Source: a virus
Lineage: Duplodnaviria > Caudoviricetes
Length of the DNA: 37,026 nucleotides
Reading direction: 5' to 3' (one strand)
IMG/VR virus record: IMGVR_UViG_3300028393_000172
Location: 1-37,026 of that record
The position numbers were made by a program, and so were the translations under genes. The notes beneath the pieces were generated by a model that saw only the letters and a program-made list of their open reading frames with translations, did no database searches and had not been told where the DNA came from. Below are positions 1-9,206 of this stretch, piece after piece; position 1 is the stretch's first letter; every line of letters starts with the position of its first letter.

Positions 1-1
1 T

Positions 2-2263
2 GTAAGCGGAACATATGCATCTTCAATAAAAAATTATAGTGGGTCGTTCTATGGAACTCTCAGTGGAAGCGATACTTCCATATATACAAAATTTTATATT
101 TCAGGTTCATCTGCATTTACAGCTTCCAATTTTAACGGTGGAGTATCTGGATCTTACAACACAACAACCACTACAGGATCTACATTGAGTGGATTTAGTG
201 GAAGCGTCAGTGGATTTGTAACCGGAAGTTTGACGGGATCATTTAATGGAACATTTTCATATGCATCTGGATCGTTGACATCATTCAGTGGAAGTTTAAC
301 AGGAGTGGTATCAGGCACAATGGATGTATATGAACCATATTATACTTACTACAATACTCCCGAACTGAGTAGAATATTAATTAAGTTTGATCTTTCAAAC
401 CTATCGTCTTCACTTACGACTGGAAATATTACTACAGACAATATAAAATTTTATCTGAAGTTGAAATCAACTGAAACCAATGAGGTTCCGACCGATTATA
501 CAATTTACGCATTTCCAGTGAGCCAAAGTTGGAATATGGGCACTGGTCGGTATTCAACCGGCGGCGATTCTATTGGAGTTAGTTGGAATTATACAAATGA
601 TGCAGGAACTGGTGCATCTTACTGGTATGGAACAGGTTCAAACAATTCCTATTCTATTGCACATAACTATTTTCTGACTCAAAGTTTTGCGACAGGTTCA
701 TTTTCAAATCAAGGAGGAACGTGGTATTATAGTGTCCCCACTTCATTTGTGCAACCAACATCAAGTGTTAAAACTACATTCTTTAATACATCAAGTTCTA
801 CTCCTACATTTGAAACTCAATATTCATCAAGTCTACAAACAAGTTTGACTTCTAGTTTTTCTGGTTTCTTATCATCAAGTTTGATATTGATATTATCAAG
901 TTCGCAGTTGTCAAGTTCAAATTCGTCACAATCATACAATTTTATTAATTCGTTTGCAACGACGACTTATACAAATACATCAGCAAGTATTTCAAGTTCA
1001 CTTGCGTCAATTAATATATCAAGCTCTGTATATCAAACAGAATATACCTCAAGTATTTTGTTCTTGAATAGTTTGTCGTCAAGTATACAAACAATATTGA
1101 GAGATTCTGCGTCATTAGTAACATATACGTCTCAATCATATCAATACATCCGTTCACTTTCAAGTAGTGTCGCACCATCTACCATATATTCGGATTTGTA
1201 TAATAGAATCAATAACTTAGTGACCGCAAGTGTATCTTCTAGTGTATCATCTTCGTATGTTTATAACGCATATAGCTCATTTTCTTCAAGTTTGGCAAAT
1301 CAACTTTCAGCAAGTTATTGGTATAGTTCAAGTGGATGTGAATGTGACCCAACCAATCAATCTGCAAGTTTGTCTGCAAGTTTATTTAACCAACAATTCT
1401 TGAGTTATATAAGTTCAAGTGAATCTGCTTCTATCATATCAAGTTATAATAATTTATTGGATGCGACATTCTCATCAAGTGTTCTTCAAGGTTTTTCATC
1501 AAGTTTGATATCATATTTCAATCAAGACATTTATGATTTACAAGTTTCCACTTCGGCAAGTGTAGCGTCATCTTTGACACAATCATTTGCATCCAAGTTC
1601 TGTTCTACATTATCTACTGGAAGTTCTTTGTTATCATCCCAAGCATTTAGTTATACAACGTCTGATATCAATGTGGATGTTACCAATATTGTTAAAGGAT
1701 GGTTATGTGGATGTGTACCAAATGAAGGTATAATTTTGATGACATCTCTTGAATTGTCCGGAATTGATAATATAAACGGAACCATCAAGTTCTTTAGCAA
1801 AGAAACCAATACCATCTATTCTCCATATTTGGATGTATCGTGGGACGACAGTGTATATAACACAGGCAGTATGACTACTTTAAATGGATATAATCCATAT
1901 ACGGTAGTTGTGAAAAATCTCAGTAGAGAATATAAATTCGGATCTTTGATCCGAATCAATCTGTTTGCCAGAGAAAAGTCTCCTTTAAAGAATTTTGTCA
2001 AAGGTACTCAACAAAGTCAATATTTGAGTTCAAGTTTGTTGTCATCCGATACATATTATGCCATCAAAGACAACGAAAGTGAAAACATGGTGGTTGATTT
2101 TGATGATTATACTAAGTTGAGTTGTGATGGTTCAGTTCATTATTTCAATCTTGATACAACAACTTTGCCAGTTGCTAGATATTATAGATTACTTATAAAA
2201 ACAACAATCAACGGAGAAGTTAAGATTTTTGATAACGGCAACATATTTACTATTACAAGATGA
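2..2263 (+). CDS. Virion structural protein (5'-truncated by the window edge) with a DNRLRE/CBM96-like domain interrupted by a ~310-aa Ser-rich insert
   Basis: The frame is open from position 2 (VSGTYASSIKN...), so the true start lies upstream of the window. Motifs SRILIKFDLS, YAFPVSQSWNMG, DINVDVTNIVKGW and KFFSKET...PYLDVSW resemble DNRLRE-type domains. Located in the baseplate cluster. Confidence 0.7.
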   Translation, partial: VSGTYASSIKNYSGSFYGTLSGSDTSIYTKFYISGSSAFTASNFNGGVSGSYNTTTTTGSTLSGFSGSVSGFVTGSLTGSFNGTFSYASGSLTSFSGSLTGVVSGTMDVYEPYYTYYNTPELSRILIKFDLSNLSSSLTTGNITTDNIKFYLKLKSTETNEVPTDYTIYAFPVSQSWNMGTGRYSTGGDSIGVSWNYTNDAGTGASYWYGTGSNNSYSIAHNYFLTQSFATGSFSNQGGTWYYSVPTSFVQPTSSVKTTFFNTSSSTPTFETQYSSSLQTSLTSSFSGFLSSSLILILSSSQLSSSNSSQSYNFINSFATTTYTNTSASISSSLASINISSSVYQTEYTSSILFLNSLSSSIQTILRDSASLVTYTSQSYQYIRSLSSSVAPSTIYSDLYNRINNLVTASVSSSVSSSYVYNAYSSFSSSLANQLSASYWYSSSGCECDPTNQSASLSASLFNQQFLSYISSSESASIISSYNNLLDATFSSSVLQGFSSSLISYFNQDIYDLQVSTSASVASSLTQSFASKFCSTLSTGSSLLSSQAFSYTTSDINVDVTNIVKGWLCGCVPNEGIILMTSLELSGIDNINGTIKFFSKETNTIYSPYLDVSWDDSVYNTGSMTTLNGYNPYTVVVKNLSREYKFGSLIRINLFAREKSPLKNFVKGTQQSQYLSSSLLSSDTYYAIKDNESENMVVDFDDYTKLSCDGSVHYFNLDTTTLPVARYYRLLIKTTINGEVKIFDNGNIFTITR

Positions 2264-2670
2264 TTATGCATCAAGAACAAATAAACAACTTTATTCGTAA
2301 TGGAATATATCAATATCAATTAGATACGTTTGGAAATTTCGTTGTGGACGAAAACAATCCTAGCTTTTCTACTCAATATTTGAAGGTTGGATTGTATGAT
2401 TTTAACTATGATGTTAATAAAATTGAATCCCTTCTTCCGTCTGTAAAATTTGAAGAATTTATTCCCGTGTTATCTACTCCTATAAATGCGAATGTAAATA
2501 CATCCAACAATTATGTTGAGTCTGTATTGGCAGCAGGTGGAAGTATCAATTCGGTTCCGTCACAAATTATTGCCGAACTTGAGTATACTATACAACAATT
2601 GAAGGCTGACCGAGATGATGCAAATACTAAACTAAACAACATTGTTGCAAAATTGACTCCGCCAGCATAA
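2260..2670 (+). CDS. Hypothetical virion protein with a C-terminal coiled coil
   Basis: 136-aa ORF with an ATGA overlap to the upstream gene, inside the structural operon. Confidence 0.7.
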   Translation: MIMHQEQINNFIRNGIYQYQLDTFGNFVVDENNPSFSTQYLKVGLYDFNYDVNKIESLLPSVKFEEFIPVLSTPINANVNTSNNYVESVLAAGGSINSVPSQIIAELEYTIQQLKADRDDANTKLNNIVAKLTPPA

Positions 2671-2674
2671 TTTT

Positions 2675-5600
2675 ATGAATTTTCCATATCCATTGGTAAG
2701 CACATTCACAAGTAGTTTCAATACTGCATCATATTTCAGCGGAGACGATGTAAACAATTACAATCAGAATACAAACAACCCAGACATTTTCTTCGGAAAG
2801 TCTGATAGAGATGTTGTTGAATTTTCTTATTTTAACACCATCGGCGAACAAAATGGTTGGGTATATAAAAACCCAAAATCACAATATCTGTCTCAAGTTG
2901 GTATCTATAATGACGTAGATAAAAACCAATTTACTTATAACTACCGCAAAGTCAAAACCAATTATATTAATTATCAAAACAATCTTTTGATAGATGTTGG
3001 TTCAGATTTATCATCATCAAATGTTTTTGATGGACAACACATTGTATCGTATAATTTTACAAGAACGGTGGCGGGCAGTCAAAGTTATCCTTTGATAATA
3101 TCAGATATTTCGCCTTCAAGAACCGAATTGAAGTTGATTCCAACTTTTCAAAAACAATCCACTGACAAAAATGTTTTTTATGAAAATCTTCATTATGAAT
3201 CATTTTGTAGAAAGTTGGTATTAATAGAAGATGTAGTGGAATTAATCGCTACGTCTCTTGATAATTTCAATTGTGAAGATAATTACAAATCGTACTCACA
3301 GTCAAATCCATCAGACATCGCGGCCTTTAAAAATACATTTGGATTTAAATTTGATGCGGATGCTATATCATTCATAAACTCAGTTTATGATGGTTCACAA
3401 AAACTTCAGTTGGATTTATTCAATAATACCACAATCAAAAATTTGTTCGGTGTTAAAAACTATATCAAATACTGGTTATATACCTATTCAAAAAATATAG
3501 TAAGTTTCCAAGAACTCAATCAACAAATTAAATACATAGTTCAAAAAGAATATTTAAATGAACTTGCAATAATTAACGTTTTTAATGCAGACATTACAAA
3601 CAATTTACAAATTGTTTCTACAATCGTATATGACAATTTTGTACAATCAGTATTACGTGTAATTGAAAACGCATTTTTAAATAAGTTCTATTCCTATTAC
3701 AAAAACTCATTAAATTTCGGAAGTGGATTAGGCGTTAAATTCATTGATCATTCATTTTCATCAAAAAACGAAAGTGAATCAAAACATATAGAATTACTAG
3801 TCAAACTTGATAGTCCGTTGTCTTTTGATTATGCAGTAAAAAACAAATGTTGGATTTCCAATATCAGTATAGCTCCAATTGTTCAAAATGTTATTTTGAT
3901 GCCTTTGAAGACCGTTCCACAATATAAAATAGGTGGACCTGACTTTTCTGTAAAAATAAACAATGCAAACAAATACGGTTATAATAATATTGACTCATTG
4001 GATAAAAATTTATCGGATACGGAGCTGTCTCAAATCAATATAATTGACAAGTTAAAAAATTTAAATATAGATTATAGTAAATTTGAAAATTTTGTAATAT
4101 TTTCATCTGCTGCTATTAGAATTAAAGTATTTAAGAGTAAACTTGAATCTATAAACAGTACCAATATTCAGATTCAAACTTTATCGGCAGCGGCAACATC
4201 TAGTAATACAATAATTTCCGCGTCATATTCATCTGACATTCAATCTCTACAAAATAGCACACTTTCAATTCAAAATTCGTTTGATGGATATGAATCGTAT
4301 CTGTATACCAATCAATCATTGATACAAGGATCGTTGTCTGATACTAATTCTAATTATCACAACTATATCATTGACGCAGAAAATTACGACATTCAAAACA
4401 TTGATAGTTTGGTGAATAACACACCAGAATATTTGAAATTGAATGAAGATAATAATGATTATCTATTGTTCTTGTCAATGGTAGGTCATCATTTTGATAA
4501 CATATATCAATATGTAAAATCTTTCCCAATTTTAAATAGGTCCACATCAAGCAACGATTATCTCCCTGATTTGGTTTATTATATGTTAAAGACGTTTGGC
4601 TGGGACACGTCAACTGACTTTGCAAATAAAAGTACACTCTTATCATATGCGACGGATTCATCCAGTATTTCAGCAAAAAATAAGAATGAAATCATTTGGA
4701 AACGGATTTTAGATACTCTTCCACAAATTTATAAAACAAAAGGCACGGAAGAATGTATTAATTTGTTGCTATCTTGTTATGGAGTTCCGTTAAACATTTT
4801 AACTATTCGTGAATTTGGAGGAAACGATATATTCCAAAGTAGCAAAACTAGTTATGTATATGACGCAAAGTATTATTTCACCAAATACCAATCTGGCACA
4901 GAATATGTAACATTTCCATATACATCGTCTGCAAAATCTCTGGAATTTACTTTTAAAACAGAAAAGAGTTATGTTCAAAATCAAAGAATAAATTTAGTAA
5001 CCAAAGATACTTCTTGGAATCTCTCTTTGTTAAAATCCAAAGTTGATAATTATGGTGATATAATTTTCAATATACAAGATAAGTCAATGAAAATAGAAAA
5101 TGTACCTATATTTAATGGTGACAGTTTCTATAGTGTATTATTAAGAAGAAACTCAACGTCATCGTTCCTTGATACAAATTCAACCGAAGATTATATTCCT
5201 ACACAGTACGATTTAGTTGTCAAGTCATATGACGGCGACCGTGAGGTGTTCAATCACTCGTCAAGTATGGTTTTAACCAAAACATACAATCAATCATTTT
5301 CACAAGACGGACATTTATATTTTGGAAATTTTCCTACATCAAACAAGAATTTCACCGGATTGTTGGATAAAATCAATTTAATACAAAATCCAATTTCGGA
5401 TGAATATTTCTCCGAATATTCAAGAAACTATAATTTCTACGGAAACAACGATGTTACTAATACTTGGAATGATCTTATTTTTAGATACAATTTTGATTAT
5501 CCTATTAATTTGGCGTCATCCAGTATAGTTCCAATATTACCCCATTTGCCCGCCGGACAGTCCACTTTGACTGCAAGTGGTTATAATTTTGTCAATAACA

Positions 5601-6865
5601 GCGTTACACAATCTAATGCATGTACCTTTTACTCTCAATCTACCTATCCATATCAGTTTGAACAAGTAGATGTTGTACAATCTATATTTGTTTCTCATTA
5701 TGGACCCAATAAGTTAAAAAATAACAAAATTCGTAAAGTAGAACAAATATTGACATCTGCACCTTCACCGGTTCAAACAGTTTCTCAAAATATTGATGTA
5801 TTTTCTCCAGATTCAAATTTAATGGGAGTATTTATTTCCCCGTTCAAGGTGAAAGACGATGATATTATCAATTTCTTGGGTGACTATAATGTTATGAACT
5901 CGGTTGCAGATCCCGGTAATATTTACCAATCTACATATAAAGACTTGAAATCTTTGAGTCAAAATTATTATCAATATAACGGTGAACCTGTTTTATATCA
6001 AGAATTCATGACGTTGTATAAAAATTATATTGACAATTCTACATTTGATTCTATACGAAATGTTGTACCGGCAAGAACTAAACTTTTAACCGGTGTTCTG
6101 ATTGAACCTTCATTATTGGAAAGACCCAGAATTCAATTGCGTCCACCGACACTCACCGAAGTTAATATAAATGTGGGCGACATTGATACTAAAGATAATA
6201 TTGCTGCAATTGTACAGTCGTCTGAACAATATTCTTCAACTATTGATGAAAATGTCAGCAGAAATCAAATAAAGCAATTTAATTTGAATCGTGGATATAT
6301 TTCAAATGATGACAACGATTATTATTTAACTGCATATGTTCAACAGAATGTTCCGTTCTTTGATTATAAACAAAACAAAGTTTGTAGTCTGCGAGAAGTG
6401 GTTGACGAACAATATGTTTATATTAATGATAAATTGGAAAATCCTATAAAGGTCACACTTCGTAAAATAGTGGCAGTTTCATCATCGGTGGCCGATGGTG
6501 TAGGTTCCCAATATATAACAAATGTGGACGTAACTTCTACAATAACTAACGTGTTGCCGTTCCAACATTTAAGTTATAAAAACAAACCATTATCAAAATT
6601 TGGATTATATTTAAATAATGCACCTTTATATTTTCCAAGTAATCAACAATTTACAGATAGTAATTCTAATCCAATTCAAATATCTAATACGACGTTTGGT
6701 ATAGGAAACATCTATTTAGATAATATTTTTGTAAAATCTCAAAATAGTCAAAACACAACCATAATCAGTTCATATGAAATTACTTCTTCTAAAGGAGTCG
6801 CCGTATCATATTCTCCAGTATTAATCCAAAGTTCAAGTATGAGTCAAAGTATTTTCATCATATAA
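2675..6865 (+). CDS. Large baseplate wedge-like protein with a LamG/ConA-like domain
   Basis: 1396 aa. The segment LPQIYKTKGTEECINLLLSCYG resembles the wedge (T4 gp7/P2 gpI-like) 'YKxKGT' segment. SLEFTFKT...LYFGN...FTGLLDKINL is a LamG-like pattern. Confidence 0.6.
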   Translation: MNFPYPLVSTFTSSFNTASYFSGDDVNNYNQNTNNPDIFFGKSDRDVVEFSYFNTIGEQNGWVYKNPKSQYLSQVGIYNDVDKNQFTYNYRKVKTNYINYQNNLLIDVGSDLSSSNVFDGQHIVSYNFTRTVAGSQSYPLIISDISPSRTELKLIPTFQKQSTDKNVFYENLHYESFCRKLVLIEDVVELIATSLDNFNCEDNYKSYSQSNPSDIAAFKNTFGFKFDADAISFINSVYDGSQKLQLDLFNNTTIKNLFGVKNYIKYWLYTYSKNIVSFQELNQQIKYIVQKEYLNELAIINVFNADITNNLQIVSTIVYDNFVQSVLRVIENAFLNKFYSYYKNSLNFGSGLGVKFIDHSFSSKNESESKHIELLVKLDSPLSFDYAVKNKCWISNISIAPIVQNVILMPLKTVPQYKIGGPDFSVKINNANKYGYNNIDSLDKNLSDTELSQINIIDKLKNLNIDYSKFENFVIFSSAAIRIKVFKSKLESINSTNIQIQTLSAAATSSNTIISASYSSDIQSLQNSTLSIQNSFDGYESYLYTNQSLIQGSLSDTNSNYHNYIIDAENYDIQNIDSLVNNTPEYLKLNEDNNDYLLFLSMVGHHFDNIYQYVKSFPILNRSTSSNDYLPDLVYYMLKTFGWDTSTDFANKSTLLSYATDSSSISAKNKNEIIWKRILDTLPQIYKTKGTEECINLLLSCYGVPLNILTIREFGGNDIFQSSKTSYVYDAKYYFTKYQSGTEYVTFPYTSSAKSLEFTFKTEKSYVQNQRINLVTKDTSWNLSLLKSKVDNYGDIIFNIQDKSMKIENVPIFNGDSFYSVLLRRNSTSSFLDTNSTEDYIPTQYDLVVKSYDGDREVFNHSSSMVLTKTYNQSFSQDGHLYFGNFPTSNKNFTGLLDKINLIQNPISDEYFSEYSRNYNFYGNNDVTNTWNDLIFRYNFDYPINLASSSIVPILPHLPAGQSTLTASGYNFVNNSVTQSNACTFYSQSTYPYQFEQVDVVQSIFVSHYGPNKLKNNKIRKVEQILTSAPSPVQTVSQNIDVFSPDSNLMGVFISPFKVKDDDIINFLGDYNVMNSVADPGNIYQSTYKDLKSLSQNYYQYNGEPVLYQEFMTLYKNYIDNSTFDSIRNVVPARTKLLTGVLIEPSLLERPRIQLRPPTLTEVNINVGDIDTKDNIAAIVQSSEQYSSTIDENVSRNQIKQFNLNRGYISNDDNDYYLTAYVQQNVPFFDYKQNKVCSLREVVDEQYVYINDKLENPIKVTLRKIVAVSSSVADGVGSQYITNVDVTSTITNVLPFQHLSYKNKPLSKFGLYLNNAPLYFPSNQQFTDSNSNPIQISNTTFGIGNIYLDNIFVKSQNSQNTTIISSYEITSSKGVAVSYSPVLIQSSSMSQSIFII

Positions 6866-6890
6866 AATAATAAAAACCGTAAAACTACAC

Positions 6891-6898
6891 TATTTATA
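6891..6898 (+). promoter_or_regulatory. Putative phage late promoter TATTTATA
   Basis: Exact motif recurring upstream of several structural genes; here 5 nt before the ATG at 6904. Confidence 0.6.
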
Positions 6899-6903
6899 TA
6901 CAT

Positions 6904-7530
6904 ATGGCATATCTAGATAACAAATCAATTATAGTTGATGCAACACTGACCAAAAAGGGCAGAGAGTTGTTAGCGAAAAATGGAAACTTAAATATCACTG
7001 CGTTTGCATTGGCTGACGACGAGATTGATTATAGTTTATATGACCCAAATCATCCAGAAGGTTCCAATTTCAATGACTTTGCAATACGCAATACTCCGCT
7101 TCTTGAAGCTTTTTTTGATGAAACCCAATTGATGAAGTACAAATTGGTTACATTAAACCAAGGAGTTACTACTATTCCAGTGATTACATTGAACATCACC
7201 AATATAAATGTACCATATACATTCACCGGCGATTCAATTATATCTCCTAGTACAAATCCAACATATAATACCACTCTTGGATATACAGCTATACTAGCAA
7301 ACAGTAATATAGGAACAATTATTCCAACTATAAATGTTTCTTCAACGACGGTATCAAATACAGTAACATCTTTTACTGGTGTTTCTGTTGTAACTTCACA
7401 AGTTGTAGTAGGATTGCAATTCAAGTTTTTACCAAATCCAGGTGTAGCACAAACCACGACCACCAATTTAACAATTATCGGAAATGAAAGTGGTGGAAGC
7501 GTAACCATTCCAATAACAGTAACCGTATAA
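6904..7530 (+). CDS. Baseplate/tail-associated structural protein
   Basis: N-terminal DATLTKKGRELLA...ITAFALADDEIDY resembles the N-termini of baseplate/tail-collar proteins; Thr/Val-rich beta C-terminus. Confidence 0.6.
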   Translation: MAYLDNKSIIVDATLTKKGRELLAKNGNLNITAFALADDEIDYSLYDPNHPEGSNFNDFAIRNTPLLEAFFDETQLMKYKLVTLNQGVTTIPVITLNITNINVPYTFTGDSIISPSTNPTYNTTLGYTAILANSNIGTIIPTINVSSTTVSNTVTSFTGVSVVTSQVVVGLQFKFLPNPGVAQTTTTNLTIIGNESGGSVTIPITVTV

Positions 7531-7535
7531 TTTTT

Positions 7536-8573
7536 ATGCTATTTACCAAATTTCAATCAACTGATGTAGTTAACGGAAAAATCACAAGAGTCTCCTCGCC
7601 ACTTTGGCCAGGGGGAAATGTCGGTGCATTACAATCTTCATTTTATACCAATCCATATCAAGTTGTAGCGACAGGTTCAAATATAAACGATTTGAAAAAT
7701 GGTTTGTATTATAATGACGTGTATTATGCCGGTCAACCTTTCTTCTCAGTCGCATTCGGAAATGCATATGGAAATGGAACTTCTGCGACAGACGTAAGCA
7801 CAGTTCACGCGTATCCCACAAAAGTTATATATTCTCAATATAAGAATATTTTGTTGCAACCAACACAACAATCATTTACATTTTTGACAGCTTCGTCTGG
7901 TACCACTACAACAACAATCACTTCGTCAAATATTTATGTTTTGGCATTCTCAGTCAATCAATATAAAGACAGAATTGACGAAGGTCACATTCAATTTTCT
8001 TTGAGTGGTAGCAAGGGATTGTTCACATTTATTGATGATTATACTCTAACTAATACGGTAAATGATTATTACAATATTATTAGCGGAAGCATAGTAAATG
8101 GAGTTGCAACTGCATATTCAAACGGACAATATAATGCTATTGGAAATTTATATCCAAAGGCAGGTATTATAGTATTAAATGCAAATAAGTTGGGAACAGT
8201 CGTTGGCACTGAATTGACAGGTTCTACAATCAATACGGGTCCATATAAATTAAATCAACAATTGATATTGTCCGCAATTACTAATTGTAACAACAGTTAT
8301 TTCCAAGTAAGAAAATCTGAATTTTTACCTTCAAAACAATATTTCGTTCGTGTAAAAAATCAAGAATACAATTATTCCAACAATCCAACTTTCGTAACTG
8401 GAAGCACTGGAAAGATTCTCTTCACAGATTTTTATACAAATCCAAAAACTTATATAACCACCGTTGGATTATATAATGAAAATAATGATTTGGTTGCAGT
8501 AGCAAAAACCAGTCAACCAATAATGAAGAGTTTTGATACGGAAGCCTTAATAAAAATAAAATTGGACTTCTAA
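7536..8573 (+). CDS. Baseplate structural protein (paralogous to 8580-9197 plus 9207-11417)
   Basis: C-terminal YITTVGLYNENNDLVAVAKTSQPIMK...IKLDF is shared with the 9207 gene. Confidence 0.65.
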   Translation: MLFTKFQSTDVVNGKITRVSSPLWPGGNVGALQSSFYTNPYQVVATGSNINDLKNGLYYNDVYYAGQPFFSVAFGNAYGNGTSATDVSTVHAYPTKVIYSQYKNILLQPTQQSFTFLTASSGTTTTTITSSNIYVLAFSVNQYKDRIDEGHIQFSLSGSKGLFTFIDDYTLTNTVNDYYNIISGSIVNGVATAYSNGQYNAIGNLYPKAGIIVLNANKLGTVVGTELTGSTINTGPYKLNQQLILSAITNCNNSYFQVRKSEFLPSKQYFVRVKNQEYNYSNNPTFVTGSTGKILFTDFYTNPKTYITTVGLYNENNDLVAVAKTSQPIMKSFDTEALIKIKLDF

Positions 8574-8579
8574 AAGATC

Positions 8580-9197
8580 ATGATTAAGTCGTTAAAAAGA
8601 AATGACATACGATCTACTCCATTTATCGCCAATAAATCTTGGGATTCTCAAAATCAAACATTTGATAATACAATAAATTGGCAAAGTGGAAGTCAGAGCG
8701 GATCTTTGTTTTTAACTTTCTTTGACTATGAAGACGGAACACAAATGTCCCAGATTTCATCTGCATTTTCTTCCGCCATTGCATATCAACAACAAGATCC
8801 CGATTTTTTGCGATTCCGAATTGGACAAGAAATAACCGGCACTACATTTTATTCAACTTCAAGCAAATATTACGACCCATCCGTTAATCCTACAAATATA
8901 GATGGGACATATCAGTCACTTGTATATAATACTACTAAAAATTTGTTTTATAAAGAGACGGCAAATCCCACTCAAATTTTTGGATTGGAGTCATTAAATC
9001 CAGTTGATGTCAATCGAACATTGCCAAAACAAATTTATGTATTTAACGTCCCACAGAATAAATTTGGCGAAAAGGTGGTACCAAATTCAGTTGAAATTAA
9101 CCACAAACTTTCAGATGGAAATTTTACAATAATTGATGATGGAAATAACAATTTGATTGTAAAGGATACTATCTTTACAAAATCCGAAGAATTATAA
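8580..9197 (+). CDS. Baseplate structural protein, N-terminal half of an apparently split paralog
   Basis: IYVFNVPQNKFGEKVVPNSV...FTIIDD aligns with IYVLAFSVNQYKDRIDEGHI...FTFIDD of 7536-8573. Confidence 0.6.
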   Translation: MIKSLKRNDIRSTPFIANKSWDSQNQTFDNTINWQSGSQSGSLFLTFFDYEDGTQMSQISSAFSSAIAYQQQDPDFLRFRIGQEITGTTFYSTSSKYYDPSVNPTNIDGTYQSLVYNTTKNLFYKETANPTQIFGLESLNPVDVNRTLPKQIYVFNVPQNKFGEKVVPNSVEINHKLSDGNFTIIDDGNNNLIVKDTIFTKSEEL

Positions 9198-9206
9198 AAT
9201 TAAAAT

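Noticed and set aside
185-187. TTG start given by the ORF track for the first gene
   Set aside because: The frame is open from position 2 with the same Ser/Gly-rich composition, so the real start is upstream of the window.
7050-7508. 152-aa minus-strand ORF and the other antisense or nested ORFs (e.g. 13983-14294, 30403-30798, 34448-34801)
   Set aside because: They are shadows of strongly supported plus-strand genes and have no recognisable motifs.
9195-9206. Readthrough joining 8580 and 9207
   Set aside because: Two in-frame TAA codons and a normal aatATG start context favour two separate genes.
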